From: Nemertoderma westbladi
Taxonomy: Eukaryota > Animalia > Xenacoelomorpha
Length of the DNA stretch: 64,000 nt
Reading direction: 5' to 3'
Assembly: GCA_032718475.1 (NCBI GenBank)
Contig: JAUCBJ010005720.1
Coordinates: forward strand, 1 to 64,000
In this document: in pieces, positions 13,917 through 27,043 of the stretch
Layout: each line of letters opens with the position of its first letter
Position numbering within the stretch: the first letter of the stretch is position 1
Translations under genes and position numbers: made by a program
Notes under the pieces: generated by a model
The model's database searches: none
What the model saw: only the letters and a program-made list of their open reading frames with translations
Told to the model about the DNA's origin: nothing

Positions 13917-13990
13917 CAGCGTGGTGTCGGATTCGAACCTGGGACCTCGAGGTGGAAGCCGAGACAACAACCACTAGGCGACTGGTTCTT
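13917..13990 (-). mobile_element. tRNA-derived SINE head / tRNA pseudogene
   Basis: Minus strand has GTCGCCTAGTGG (A-box-like) and GGTTCGAATCC (B box), but no convincing full cloverleaf. Confidence 0.5.
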
Positions 13991-14419
13991 GTAATATGGA
14001 GTATTAATTTCAAAGCCAGCTGCTTGTGTTTTCGGGGTGTTCGTTATTATACATTTAAAGATGAATACAAATTTTCGCAAAATAAATACATAATCCCCCA
14101 AGATAAATACATAAGGAGGTTAGAAAAAAACGTCTCTGAAACCCGCTCCTTTCCCTCAATTGGTAATTATTAGATGTAGGATTAGCAATCAATTTTGTTG
14201 TCAATTTGTAGTTCAGTTTTGTATTTTCAGTTATGTTGTTAATAATAAGCTGTCGTTTGTGAAATTGAGATCGATCGAATTGGTTAACCTGTTGAAGAAT
14301 TGCGGTTGCTTGTAGTTATTAAATACTGTATAATTGGTTACTCTATGTTATTACATAGGTTTAATGAAACGATATTTACCACCGTATAATACTATGAGAA
14401 AGAGTGATCCAGAGTTTTC

Positions 14420-14624
14420 CTAGTAGCATTAACATTATTACTGTAGTATTGGTGGGGGGGGGCGGGGGATGGGTGTGATGGGGTGTGGGGGGGATGGGTG
14501 TGAGGGGGTGTGGGGGGGGATAGGTGTGAGAGGGTGTGGGGGGGGGGCTCCGCGGTGGCGTGTGTTGGGGGGAGTGGCCTATTACCTTTCCCCTGAACTA
14601 AAAAATTATTGTTCCTGTTACTAG
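14420..14624. mobile_element. Possible small MITE with G-run-rich interior
   Basis: Imperfect inverted termini CTAGTAGCATTAACA / TGTTCCTGTTACTAG enclose many G4+ tracts. Confidence 0.3.
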
Positions 14625-17600
14625 GAGATGCAATTTTCGCGATTCAATACGAATTTCGAATTACGAATACGAATTATTTTAATTTGTTACATCTGGATAA
14701 TATCGCTGTTTGGATGTTTTAGTACATAACAAACAAATTGAAGAACTTTCAGGACCTGAAAATAAGGAGATATGGCATTTTCGGTTCTCGAAAAATTTGC
14801 ACGCAAAATTTAAATTGTTTTAAATTCTCAAAAATAATCCGACATTTAGATTTTTTCATCCAATCGCAATCTCGCCTTCAGCTGTAGTGTTATAGGAATA
14901 TATTATACACGGGACCGGTCACTGGGCTCGGGCTCGGATAACGAGCTGAGTTTGGATGATAATGTTTCGTCAAAATATTTCTATAAATCAAATCTTATTT
15001 AATTTAGTAAATTGATTCTTGAGGAAATGTATTTGCGTTTTCTCATTTACCTACTGAAGCTCATAAGTTTACACAAATAGGCAAGAAACCATCATTCATG
15101 CTGTCAGCATCCCAGTTGGCATAAAAACAGCCATTAGTCAACTCAGTCAAACAGACAAATCGGTTGCGATGGGATTTCAAGAGGGGCATTCAATTGTTGT
15201 TAATGAGAGTTCCCTTCCCACTCATTACAGAGCTGGTTTACCATAGTCACCGCTATCACACAGCCGCTAAATAAATAATGATGAATTGAAGTAATTAAGG
15301 ATTATAGACATTATATTTATACAATGAGATAACATATTCTATCGGCTGTGGTCTCTTTCAATTGGGCTTGAGTGAGCTACAGTACAGTAGGCAGTGGCTG
15401 CAAAACGACAGATATGGGGGGGGGGGGGGAACTTTCGACGCAATAAAAATTCATCCCACTCCAGGGGAAATTCGACACAAATAACAGCTGATTACTCTCA
15501 AAAATAAAACTGTAACCTGTTCTATTGTGTTTTGTTTATTGTTTTGGATAAAATAACGTGCTAATGTAACCTGCTCCTTTCCCTAAATTGAGAATTGAAC
15601 ATTGAGGCAGGATATTAATTCGCCAAGATGGGATTTGCGTCCAGTACCCCCACCGCCCCCCCCCCCCCCCCTGGTCTCTTAACTGGTTCTTTTTGCAGTT
15701 TACCCAATGCTAAGAATACCAGGCATAAACACAGGTCACATAAGACCAAAACAATAAACGAATCAGTATCTGTACAGGCTAGAAGGAAGAAATAGGAGCT
15801 ACGAAACATATAAAATGGAAAAAAATTTGTAAAAACAAATTCTTCACATATATAATTTTAATAAAATTTCGACCGAAATGCGAAAACATGGTATTCTTCA
15901 CAGCGACGGCAATATGTATGGATACGCCTTTTTACCAACGCTTATATACAGTAGCTGAAGATTGAAGATAATAACAATCATTTGCCTTAACCATTACCGT
16001 ATCGGACGTACAGTAGGCCTATCTCATTACAAATCGAAGCATCGGCACTAATATTGAACTAACTGTAACTACTGTATCAAATTTGATGGAAAACTTTTAT
16101 TAAAATATTCCATTATAAAATAATTGGGAACCTATAGAAACGTACAAAATATGGACGGGAACGACAGACCGCACAATATTAAAATAAATAATAATAACAA
16201 AAATAATATGCTTACTTATATAAAAACCAATTACTTTATATATATTAACAATTAATGGAAATAAAACTTAGGCTTTTTCTTCCTGATTAATTCCCGAATA
16301 ATTGCATCCGGTACAATAAGGCATCCAAATCAACAGCAAAAATACAAAGTAAGCCGAGGGAGTTGTTGCAAATAACGAAAATATAAAAATTCGAATTGAG
16401 ACGGGAAATGAAATAATGCATATAATAATATGGGCAAACTTTAGGCGTACATAAAAATTATAATCAAACTTGCAAAATAAATTCTATATATACAAGCTTG
16501 CCGCCAGCCGAGAGCTGGCAATAATGGACGGATCCATTGCTATCAATGTTGTTGTTGTTGTTATAATTTCTGCCCTCAAAAGGTAAAGGCACGTAACTCC
16601 AAAAACCTCATTCCGAGATATCAAGCCCCAAAGGTTTTTTGTATGCGCTTTTAGTATGCTGAGCTACTAGGAACTTTCATTGTACTGTATCTCATATTAA
16701 TGCTAATAATCAAACCTGATTTTTATACCTTTTTTATCCGGGATATCTTTATCAACCTATAATCAACTCGCTTTTGGTGTGTTTTTTTACGTTGTGGTTG
16801 TGGCTCTGGTTGTTTTTGTTTCTTTAATAGACGAATTTCTTTCTTAAGATAATCAAAAAATATTGATTTCAGAAGTTTAGGTGGCGATTATTCACGAAAA
16901 AACAAGATTAATTACTAATTTCTGTTTTATTTTTAGGGAACAGCAAATGATTGATCGCATATGTTTGATGGCATATATAAAGTATATTTATGAACTTGTA
17001 GTTCTACTTTATATCAAATTACCTTAAGTTAATGTTTAATATACTTTATTCGTTAATTGTCTTTATTTATGAGTCTCGTGCTATTTAGCCCTCGACTGGA
17101 CTTGGTGAATAATACGCCCCCACGTAAACATCTTCCGTCCTATATCCCCATATTAGATAGATCTACTGCGGTCGGTTGTCACGGTAGCCACCTCTGGTGG
17201 TTTGCTATGGCTGACCTAGACCTGGTTTATTGACTGCTTCGTTATCTCATTGGCTGCTTAATGGTAGTCTAGCCTTGATAATGCCATGGCAACTGCTATT
17301 GGTTCATCAAGCCAAGATTTAAGGTAAATATAACCCTACTTTATTTTATTCACTTATGATTATTTCCGTTGCCGGGTTTTTTGACGTTTTTCCCTTGCGT
17401 TTTTTATTACAGCGCTTTTTTTTTAACGTAGACCAATTCAAGAATACATTCAGCAATGAATGAATATAAAATCGTGGCAAAAACGTGGCAGCGAAAATGG
17501 TCTTTTGTCTTCTGATATAAATATATAGTTAGTAAAGGGTTGCACAATAACTGTCACTATTGTAGTAGCTGATTTTAGCAATTTATTTTACTGGTTTGGC

Positions 17601-19334
17601 CCAGTAAAGTTAGCGTGGTATGTGATACGCGTGGTACGTAAATAATGCGAATATTTTATATTTTGGTCTGTTTCTTAAAACCTGGCGAATTGTAATAGTG
17701 CCAAACTTTCTCACCAAGTTATTTTATCAGTTGACATAACCCTAAACACAAAAATTATGATGACACGTTGTGAAAAGAGTGTCACTGTCATTGTTGTCGC
17801 ATTTCGAATGTATAATAGTAAATAGTGTAACAATCAAGTCAGTCCATTATTTATTGCATATAATATACTGTTTCCTAATGAATCATTTGATTGGCCAGCG
17901 TACCTTGGTTCAGTCAGGTGGTTACTACTACTGTTATCCTTTGTGATTGACATCTACTGTACTTCTGCAAGTAGCTTAGATTGAATCAACCAATCGGAGA
18001 AAAGTTAGGATTACTTTGAAATGCAAACCATTATCTTTAAAGTTACTATATTTAATTCAACTTGAATTTTCATGATTGTTTACTTGTTTGTTAGCAAGCA
18101 ATGTTAACTTGTTATTATTATCATCTCTATGAGAAACTTGCCACATTTTCAAAACCCTACAGTTACTGTGGGTTCATCACTCCAGGTTATGCATTCCATA
18201 TACTGTATGAATAATTATTATAAAAGTTGTACTGAATTGTATCGCTCATCCAAATGCTGATGAAATGGAAGACCGATGTATTTATAGTTACTACATGTCG
18301 TTTAGTATAACAATGTACTCTCTGCCTCCCGTCCCATCACACCCCCATCTGATGGGTGTAAAATATATCATACACATGATGTTGTAGGCTATCCCAGCTA
18401 CTGTAGATATGTGTGTAATGTATACAATATGCATCTACAGTATGTTATACGAGTTCTATATTTATAACTTGGTGTATAATAGGCCTACATGGGCTTTGTA
18501 TGTATGTATGTAGGTCTATGTTTGTTTGTAGTGTGTATGTCTATAATTAAAATCGAACTATCCCGTGTCCAGGATATGTGAGCTGTGACATCGAACACCG
18601 GGGACAATCGAAACACCACAATCTGCTTATTTGGTAATTATAGTTGCTCTTTGATGCCGTGACTATCTCTAGCTAGCTAATTAATTATACATAGTCAGTC
18701 AGTCTCCCACTAATCAAATCAGTCAATCTGTTTAAACGGTTGTTTTTAAAAGGAAAAAATGTAATATTTGAATAACTTTTTGGTAGATTTTTGGAATTTC
18801 ATTTCCTAACTAAATTGTATTAATAATCGATTTGCGATGATGTATTTTTTCGTTTATATTTTTCACACTGCTCGGTGCATGATAATAAATGAAAATACCT
18901 ATGTACCAATTTCATTTTGGTTTTTTGTTATAGCTCGGGGTGGCGGTTCTAATTTTTGGTGATGGGTGCCATATTTTTTTCGCCTTTCTTTTGATTGAGT
19001 TACCTGATACAACCGATAAACAGATTGATTCACGGTCATCAAGGGGCAATGTTTTCTGTAGGTATGGTTTCTGGACGACCCGACCTCGTGGATTCTTGGA
19101 TTCGCCCATTGGGTTTGTGTTCCGCACTCCCACCCAGGTAAGGGAGCAGGTAAGACAGGGTTAGCGTAGCGCACACCTTCCGTAGGTTAGGTTGACAAAT
19201 AATAACCAGCCAATGATTTCTTTCCTATTAATCGCAGGATATTTCCTACAGCTCAACGATTCTCGATTTAAACAACTCAACTATTTACAGTCTGCCTGTT
19301 CCCGTCGTTACCCCAATATTTATTTTGTTACCAG

Positions 19335-19563
19335 GTGTGGTTGGACGCCGGAACCCAGGTATTCTTCAGCATGTCCATCGGTCTCTGCTCCCTTGTCTCC
19401 CTCGGTTCCTACAACAAGTTCCAGCACAACTGTTTCCGGGATTGCGTCTTCTACGCGATCGTCAACAGCTGCACTAGCGTCTTCGGGGGCGTCGTTATCT
19501 TCAGTGTTCTCGGGTTCATGGCTAAGGAGTTGGGAGTCCCTATAAGCGAAGTTGCCGAGTCCG
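19335..19563 (+). CDS. SLC6 Na+/Cl- dependent neurotransmitter transporter (GABA/taurine/creatine type), internal exon (TM6-7)
   Basis: ccag|GTG acceptor, [12 protein letters not shown]...GSYNKF...[10 protein letters not shown]...VAESG, G|gtaag donor. Confidence 0.93.
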
Positions 19564-19787
19564 GTAAGTCTCGCAACTATAGTAACGGTAACCTTGGTTC
19601 CTTTATTATCACCTATGAGGTTACTTTGTATTGTTATTGTTTGTATTGACGATAATAAACATGAAAACAAACACGAAACATAAATTGTGTATTTCGAATG
19701 TGTAATTGTAATTATAAATAATTATGTTTACTAATTATAGAAAAATATTGTACAATATCTCATTAATTTATATTATTATATATTTAG

Positions 19788-19900
19788 GACCGGGACTTAT
19801 ATTCATCGCGTATCCGAAAGCTATCAGCAGAATGCCCGTTGCTCCCATGTGGGCTGTCTTCTTTTTCATTATGATTATTGTTCTTGGAATGGACAGTGAG
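19788..19900 (+). CDS. SLC6 transporter exon (GPGL loop, TM8)
   Basis: ttag|GA acceptor phase-compatible with the previous exon, [38 protein letters not shown], |gtgagt donor. Confidence 0.93.
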
Positions 19901-20056
19901 GTGAGTTGTTTTCTACTAGGTTGTATGTATATTATACATAATTATTCAATAATCTCCATTATCGAATAAAAACTTTTCTAGAAACTCGCCAGCTTCATGT
20001 TCATGTTCTATAGTGTTTGTTTTTATAATCTCCTAATTTATTACTGATACTTTCAG

Positions 20057-20288
20057 TTTGTTAACATCGAAGGCGTTGCCTGCGCGCTAATCGATTTGTT
20101 CCCGGGGATTCGCCGGCATCGCGAACTGTTTGTTCTCGGTTTGTGTTCCGTCTCATTTCTCATTGGTCTCTCCATGGTAACGCAAGGCGGTATGTACGTG
20201 TTCCAGCTGTTTGACTTCTATTCGGCGAGCGGAATAGCGTTGCTGTCGGTAGCCATCTGGGAGTGCGTAGCTCTGGCCTGGGTATACG
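20057..20288 (+). CDS. SLC6 transporter exon (TM9-10)
   Basis: ttcag|TTT acceptor, FVNIEG...[19 protein letters not shown]...[11 protein letters not shown]|gtaag donor. Confidence 0.93.
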
Positions 20289-23200
20289 GTAAGCCAATCA
20301 AATAGTGGCCTGGGTATACGGTAAGCCAATCAAATAATGGCCTGGGTATACGGTAAGCCAATCAAATAATGGCCTGGGTATACGGTAAGCCAATCAAATA
20401 ATGGCCTGGGTATACGGTAAGCCAATCAAATAGTGGCCTGGGTATACGGTAAGCCAATCAAATAATGGCCTGGGTATACGGTAAGCCAATCAAATAGTGG
20501 CCTGGGTATACGGTAAGCCAATCAAATAGTGGCCTGGGTATACGGTAAGCCAATCAAATAATGGCCTGGGTATACGGTAAGCCAATCAAATAATGGCCTG
20601 GGTATACGGTAAGCCAATCAAATAATGGCCTGGGTATACGGTAAGCCAATCAAATAATGGCCTGGGTATACGGTAAGCCAATCAAATAATGGCCTGGGTA
20701 TACGGTAAGCCAATCAAATAGTGGCCTGGGTATACGGTAAGCCAATCAAATAATGGCCTGGGTATACGGTAAGCCAATCAAATAATGGCCTGGGTATACG
20801 GTGAGCCAATCAAATAGTGGCCTGGGTATACGGTAAGCCAATCAAATAGTGGCCTGGGTATACGGTAAGCCAATCAAATAATGGCCTGGGTATACGGTAA
20901 GCCAATCAAATAATGGCCTGGGTATACGGTAAGCCAATCAATAGTGGCCTGGGTATACGGTAAGCCAATCAAATAGTGGCCTGGGTATACGGTAAGCCAA
21001 TCAAATAATGGCCTGGGTATACGGTAAGCCAATCAAATAGTGGCCTGGGTATACGGTAAGCCAATCAAATAGTGGCCTGGGTATACGGTAAGCCAATCAA
21101 ATAATGGCCTGGGTATACGGTAAGCCAATCAAATAGTGGCCTGGGTATACGGTAAGCCAATCAAATAATGGCCTGGGTATACGGTAAGCCAATCAAATAA
21201 TGGCCTGGGTATACGGTAAGCCAATCAAATAGTGGCCTGGGTATACGGTAAGCCAATCAAATAGTGGCCTGGGTATACGGTAAGCCAATCAAATAATGGC
21301 CTGGGTATACGGTAAGCCAATCAAATAGTGGCCTGGGTATACGGTAAGCCAATCAAATAATGGCCTGGGTATACGGTAAGCCAATCAAATAATGGCCTGG
21401 GTATACGGTAAGCCAATCAAATAGTGGCCTGGGTATACGGTAAGCCAATCAAATAATGGCCTGGTATACGGTAAGCCAATCAAATAGTGGCCTGGGTATA
21501 CGGTAAGCCAATCAAATAAAGGCCTGGGTATACGGTAAGCCAATCAAATAATGGCCTGGGTATACGGTAAGCCAATCAAATAGTGGCCTGGGTATACGGT
21601 AAGCCAATCAAATAGTGGCCTGGGTATACGGTAAGCCAATCAAATAATGGCCTGGGTATACGGTAAGCCAATCAAATAATGGCCTGGGTATACGGTAAGC
21701 CAATCAAATAGTGGCCTGGGTATACGGTAAGCCAATCAAATAATGGCCTGGGTATACGGTAAGCCAATCAAATAATGGCCTGGGTATACGGTAAGCCAAT
21801 CAAATAGTGGCCTGGGTATACGGTAAGCCAATCAAATAGTGGCCTGGGTATACGGTAAGCCAATCAAATAATGGCCTGGGTATACGGTAAGCCAATCAAA
21901 TAGTGGCCTGGGTATACGGTAAGCCAATCAAATAATGGCCTGGGTATACGGTAAGCCAATCAAATAATGGCCTGGGTATACGGTAAGCCAATCAAATAGT
22001 GGCCTGGGTATACGGTAAGCCAATCAAATAGTGGCCTGGGTATACGGTAAGCCAATCAAATAATGGCCTGGGTATACGGTAAGCCAATCAAATAGTGGCC
22101 TGGGTATACGGTAAGCCAATCAAATAATGGCCTGGGTATACGGTAAGCCAATCAAATAATGGCCTGGGTATACGGTAAGCCAATCAAATAGTGGCCTGGG
22201 TATACGGTAAGCCAATCAAATAATGGCCTGGGTATACGGTAAGCCAATCAAATAGTGGCCTGGGTATACGGTAAGCCAATCAAATAAAGGCCTGGGTATA
22301 CGGTAAGCCAATCAAATAATGGCCTGGGTATACGGTAAGCCAATCAAATAGTGGCCTGGGTATACGGTAAGCCAATCAAATAGTGGCCTGGGTATACGGT
22401 AAGCCAATCAAATAATGGCCTGGGTATACGGTAAGCCAATCAAATAATGGCCTGGGTATACGGTAAGCCAATCAAATAGTGGCCTGGGTATACGGTAAGC
22501 CAATCAAATAGTGGCCTGGGTATACGGTAAGCCAATCAAATAATGGCCTGGGTATACGGTAAGCCAATCAAATAGTGGCCTGGGTATACGGTAAGCCAAT
22601 CAAATAAAGGCCTGGGTATACGGTAAGCCAATCAAATAATGGCCTGGGTATACGGTAAGCCAATCAAATAGTGGCCTGGGTATACGGTAAGCCAATCAAA
22701 TAGTGGCCTGGGTATACGGTAAGCCAATCAAATAATGGCTTGGGTATACGGTAAGCCAATCAAATAGTGGCCTGGGTATACGGATACGGTAAGCCAATCA
22801 AATAGTTGCGGCCTGGGTATACGGTAAGCCAATCAAATAGTGGCCTGGGTATACGGTAAGCCAATCAAATAGTGGCCTGGGTATACGGTAAGCCAATCAA
22901 ATAGTGGCCTGGGTATACGGATACGGTAAGCCAATTAAATAGTGGCCTGGGTATACGGTAAGCCAATCAAATAGTGGCCTGGGTATACGGTAAGCCAATC
23001 AAATAGTGGCCTGGGTATACGGTAAGCCAATCAAATAGTGGCCTGGGTATACGGTAAGCCAATCAAATAGTGGCTTGGGTATAATGTAAGCCAATCAAAT
23101 AATGGCCTGGGTATAGTAAGCCAATCAAATAATGGCCTGGGTATACGGTAAGCCAATCATATAATGTCCTGGGTATACGGTAAGCCAATCAAATAATGGC

Positions 23201-24539
23201 CTGGGTATACGGTAAGCCAATCATATAATGTCCTGGGTATACGGTAAGCCAATCAAATAGTGGCTTGGGTATACGGTAAGCCAATCATATAATGTCCTGG
23301 ATATACGGTAAGCCAATCAAATGGTGGCTTGGGTATACGGTAAACCAATCATATAATGTCCTGGGTATACTGTAAGCCAATCATATAATGTCCTGGGTAT
23401 ACGGTAAGCCAATCAAATAATGGCCTGGGTATACGGTAAGCCAATCAAATAATGGCCTGGGTATACGGTAAGCCAATCAAATAATGGCCTGGGTATACGG
23501 TAAGCCGATCAAATAATGGCCTGGGTATACGGTAAGCCAATCAAATAATGGCGTGGGTATACGGTAAGCCAATCAAATAGTGGCCTGGGTATACGGTAAG
23601 CCAATCAAATAGTGGCCTGGGTATACGGTAAGCCAATCAAATAATGGCCTGGGAATACGGTAAGCCAATCAAATAATTGCCTGGGTATACGGTAAGCCAA
23701 TCAAATAATGGCCTGGGTATACGGTAAGCCAATCAAATAATGGCCTGGGTATACGGTAAGCCAATCAAATAATGGCCTGGGTATATGGTAAGCCAATCAA
23801 ATAATGGCCTGGGTATACGGTAAGCCAATCAAATAATGGCCTGGGTATACGGTAAGCCAATCAAGTAATGGCCTGGGTATACGGTAAGCCAATCAAATAA
23901 TGGCCTGGGTATACGGTAAGCCAATCAAATAATGGCCTGGGTATACGGTAAGCCAATCAAATAGTGGCCTGGGTATACGGTAAGCCAATCAAATAATGGC
24001 CTGGGTATACGGTAAGCCAATCAAATAATGGCCTGGGTATACGGTAAGCCAATCAAATAATGGCCTGGGTATACGGTAAGCCAATCAAGTAATGGCCTGG
24101 GTATACGGTAAGCCAATCAAATAGTGGCCTGGGTATACGGTAAGCCAATCAAATAATGGCCTGGGAATACGGTAAGCCAATCAAATAATGGCCTGGGTAT
24201 ACGGTAAGCCAATCAAATAATGGCCTGGGTATACGGTAAGCCAATCAAATAATGGCCTGGGTATACGGTAAGCCAATCAAATAATGGCCTGGGTATATGG
24301 TAAGCCAATCAAATAATGGCCTGGGTATACGGTAAGCCAATCAAATAATGGCCTGGGTATACGGTAAGCCAATCAAGTAATGGCCTGGGTATACGGTAAG
24401 CCAATCAAATAATGGCCTGGGTATACGGTAAGCCAATCAAATAATGGCCTGGGTATACGGTAAGCCAATCAAATAGTGGCCTGGGTATACGGTAAGCCAA
24501 TCAAATAATGGCCTGGGTATACGGTAAGCCAATCAAATA
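20274..24539 (+). repeat. 32-bp minisatellite, about 133 copies, made of the SLC6 exon end plus splice donor
   Basis: Unit TGGCCTGGGTATACGGTAAGCCAATCAAATA(A/G). The first unit overlaps the exon end at 20288. Confidence 0.97.
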
Positions 24540-24656
24540 TACAATATATATATAGCATGTAAACCTGTGTCGACGTAATTGATATTTATTGGTTGATATT
24601 GATGATTGTTGCTAAGCAGCAAAATATAAAATATTCAAGGTTTATTAACGTTTCAG

Positions 24657-24931
24657 GTGGGAAGCAACACGTCAAGAATATTCGCACAATGTTGGACACC
24701 AAGATCCGACTGTGGCCCTTCGCGGTGTGCTGGTACGCACTGACCCCTATCCTGTGTCTCTCGGTTGTCGTCTACATGTGTATCAAGTACGAGCCACTAG
24801 TCTACAACAAGTACGAATACCCTGATTGGGCCCACGCTATTGGATGGATGTTTGCCCTCTCTTCTATCCTTCTACCACCCACTTTCGCTATCGTAAAACT
24901 AATCACTACAAAGAAAGGCAATCTTAGAGAG
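24657..24931 (+). CDS. SLC6 transporter exon (TM11-12)
   Basis: ttcag|GT acceptor, ...CWYALTP...YEPLVYNKYEYPDWAHAIGWMFALSSILLPP...GNLRE, |gtaact donor. Confidence 0.92.
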
Positions 24932-25049
24932 GTAACTTTTATACAATTCGCAATAATATGATATCATTATATTTTTTGTAGGTTTTAACTTCCATAGACT
25001 GTAAAATTATTTAGTAATTTAAACAGTACTGTAGATGTAAAAGTTATTA

Positions 25050-26630
25050 TAGCGAATGGATGGTGATTGGCAAATACATAGATCGGATACAGGACACAGC
25101 AGCATACCGCCCCAGATCTCGCGGCCAGCCACACACACACAGTGCCGGCGGACCCAGCAGCATAGCCCCCCAGATCTCACGGTCAGCCACACACAGTGCC
25201 GGCGGACCCAGCAGCATAGCGCCCCCAGATCTCGGGGTCAGCCACACACAGTGTCGGCGGACACAGCAGCTTAGCGTCCCCAGATCTCGGGGTCAGCCAC
25301 ACACAGTGTCGGCGGACACAGCAGCTTAGCTTCCCCAGATCTCGGGGTCAGCCACACACAGTGTCGGCGGACACAGCAGCTTAGCATCCCCAGATCTCGG
25401 GGTCAGCCACACACAGTGTCGGCGGACACAGCAGCTTAGCATCCCCAAATCTCGGGGTCAGCCACACACAGTGTCGGCGGACACAGCAGCTTAGCGTCCC
25501 CAAATCTCGGGGTCAGCCACACACAGTGCCGGCGGACCCAGCAGCATAGCGCCCCCAGATCACGCGGTCAGCCACACACACAGACCCAGCAACATAGCGC
25601 ACACAGATCTCGCGGCCAGCCACACACAGTGCCCGCGGTCCCAGCAGCATAGCGCCCCCAGATCTCGGGGTCAGCCACACACAGTGTCAGCGGACACAGC
25701 AGCTTAGCGTCCCCAGATCTCGGGGTCAGCCACACCCAGTGTCGGCGGTCCCAGCAGCATAGCGCCCCCAGATCTCGGGGTCAGCCACATACAGTACCGG
25801 CGGACCCAGCAGCATAGCGCCCCCAGATCTCGGGGTCAGCCACACACAGTGTCAGCGGTCCCAGCAGCATAGCGCCCCCAGATCTCGGGGTCAGCCACAC
25901 ACAGTACCGGCGGACCCAGCAGCATAGAACCTCCAGATCTCGCGGTCAGCCACATACAGTGCCGGCGGACACAGCAGCTTAGCGTCCCCAGATCTCGGGG
26001 TCAGCCACACCCAGTGTCGGCGGTCCCAGCAGCATAGCGCCCCCAGATCTCGGGGTCAGCCACATACAGTACCGGCGGACCCAGCAGCATAGCGCCCCCA
26101 GATCTCGGGGTCAGCCACACACAGTGTCAGCGGTCCCAGCAGCATAGCGCCCCCAGATCTCGGGGTCAGCCACACACAGTACCGGCGGACCCAGCAGCAT
26201 AGAACCTCCAGATCTCGCGGTCAGCCACATACAGTGCCGGCGGACCCAGCAGCTTAGCGTCCCCAGATCTCGGGGTCAGCCACACACAGTGCCGGCGGAC
26301 CCAACAGCATAGCCCCCCCTCAGATCTCGGGGTCAGCCACACACAGTGTCGGCGGTCAGCCACACACAGTGTCGGCGGACACAGCAGCTTAGCGCCCACC
26401 AGATCTCGCGGCCAGCCATACATATTCCCAGATCTTTATATCCTCTATTTCGTCATCATTTGAGGAAAACCTTTGTCTGTCCACCACACCTATTCTCAAC
26501 AACAGATTGACACATCTAATAAGGTTGCGTGTAAGTTGATCCTGCCGGCGGGAAACAATCCCCAGCAAGCTTCAGACGGCATCTCCGCAGGGTGATGCTG
26601 GGTCTTGGCAATGAGAAGTTGCCATAATTG
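25050..26630 (-). mobile_element. Decayed 3' end of an RTE-like non-LTR retrotransposon hosting the 55-bp array
   Basis: Minus-strand translation YGNFSLPRPSITLRRCRLKLAGDCF...GGQTKVF...DLGICMAGREIW resembles the RTE ORF C-terminus (RRL..AGH...M.DR..W) and contains stops. Confidence 0.45.
25095..26420. repeat. 55-bp GC-rich minisatellite, about 24 copies, in the last SLC6 intron
   Basis: Unit CCCAGATCTCGGGGTCAGCCACACACAGTGTCGGCGGACACAGCAGCTTAGCGTC with variants. Confidence 0.95.
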
Positions 26631-26744
26631 TATCACTTTATATTTCGTACATCGTAACGTTGCGCACCCCTCGCGACATCCTGATATAAATTATTAATTC
26701 CTTATAAATTATTATTTTGGATGAACAACTCTAAATCAAAATGT

Positions 26745-26822
26745 TTCCGCGGTCTACTGTAGTATGGTCGGCATACCTGAACGGTTATTAGGAGAAACGG
26801 GTTCGATCCCCACTGGTGCCCA
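26745..26822 (+). mobile_element. tRNA-related SINE remnant
   Basis: B-box GGTTCGATCCC with a degenerate upstream half. Confidence 0.3.
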
Positions 26823-26869
26823 ATTCATTTTGATGATGACTGATATATTTTCACCTGTTTCTCTTTCAG

Positions 26870-27043
26870 CGACTCGCCTACCTAACGACTCCGGTATTCG
26901 AGTCCAATCATTTTCTCAACATGGGGGTCCTGCCTAACTACGGTGGCCATGGCCTCGAAGACACCGACACAATGTCCAATGAGAACCCTCCATCCTATAC
27001 AACAGCTGTGGAGAGCGATCGGCGCAGTGAGTCTACTGTCTGA
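26870..27043 (+). CDS. SLC6 transporter terminal coding exon
   Basis: Polypyrimidine tract plus cag|, phase 0, RLAYLTTP...PPSY...SESTV then TGA. AATAAA signals downstream near 27123 and 27523. Confidence 0.85.
   Translation, partial: RLAYLTTPVFESNHFLNMGVLPNYGGHGLEDTDTMSNENPPSYTTAVESDRRSESTV

Noticed and set aside
13917-13990. Functional tRNA gene
   Set aside because: A and B boxes are present but the acceptor and anticodon stems are poor, so it is treated as SINE-derived.
12243-19334. Upstream SLC6 exons (TM1-5)
   Set aside because: No SLC6 motifs found by eye. The region looks like AT-rich intron with small repeat remnants.
20274-24539. CRISPR-like array given the 32-bp period
   Set aside because: No unique spacers, no cas genes, and a eukaryotic intron context.
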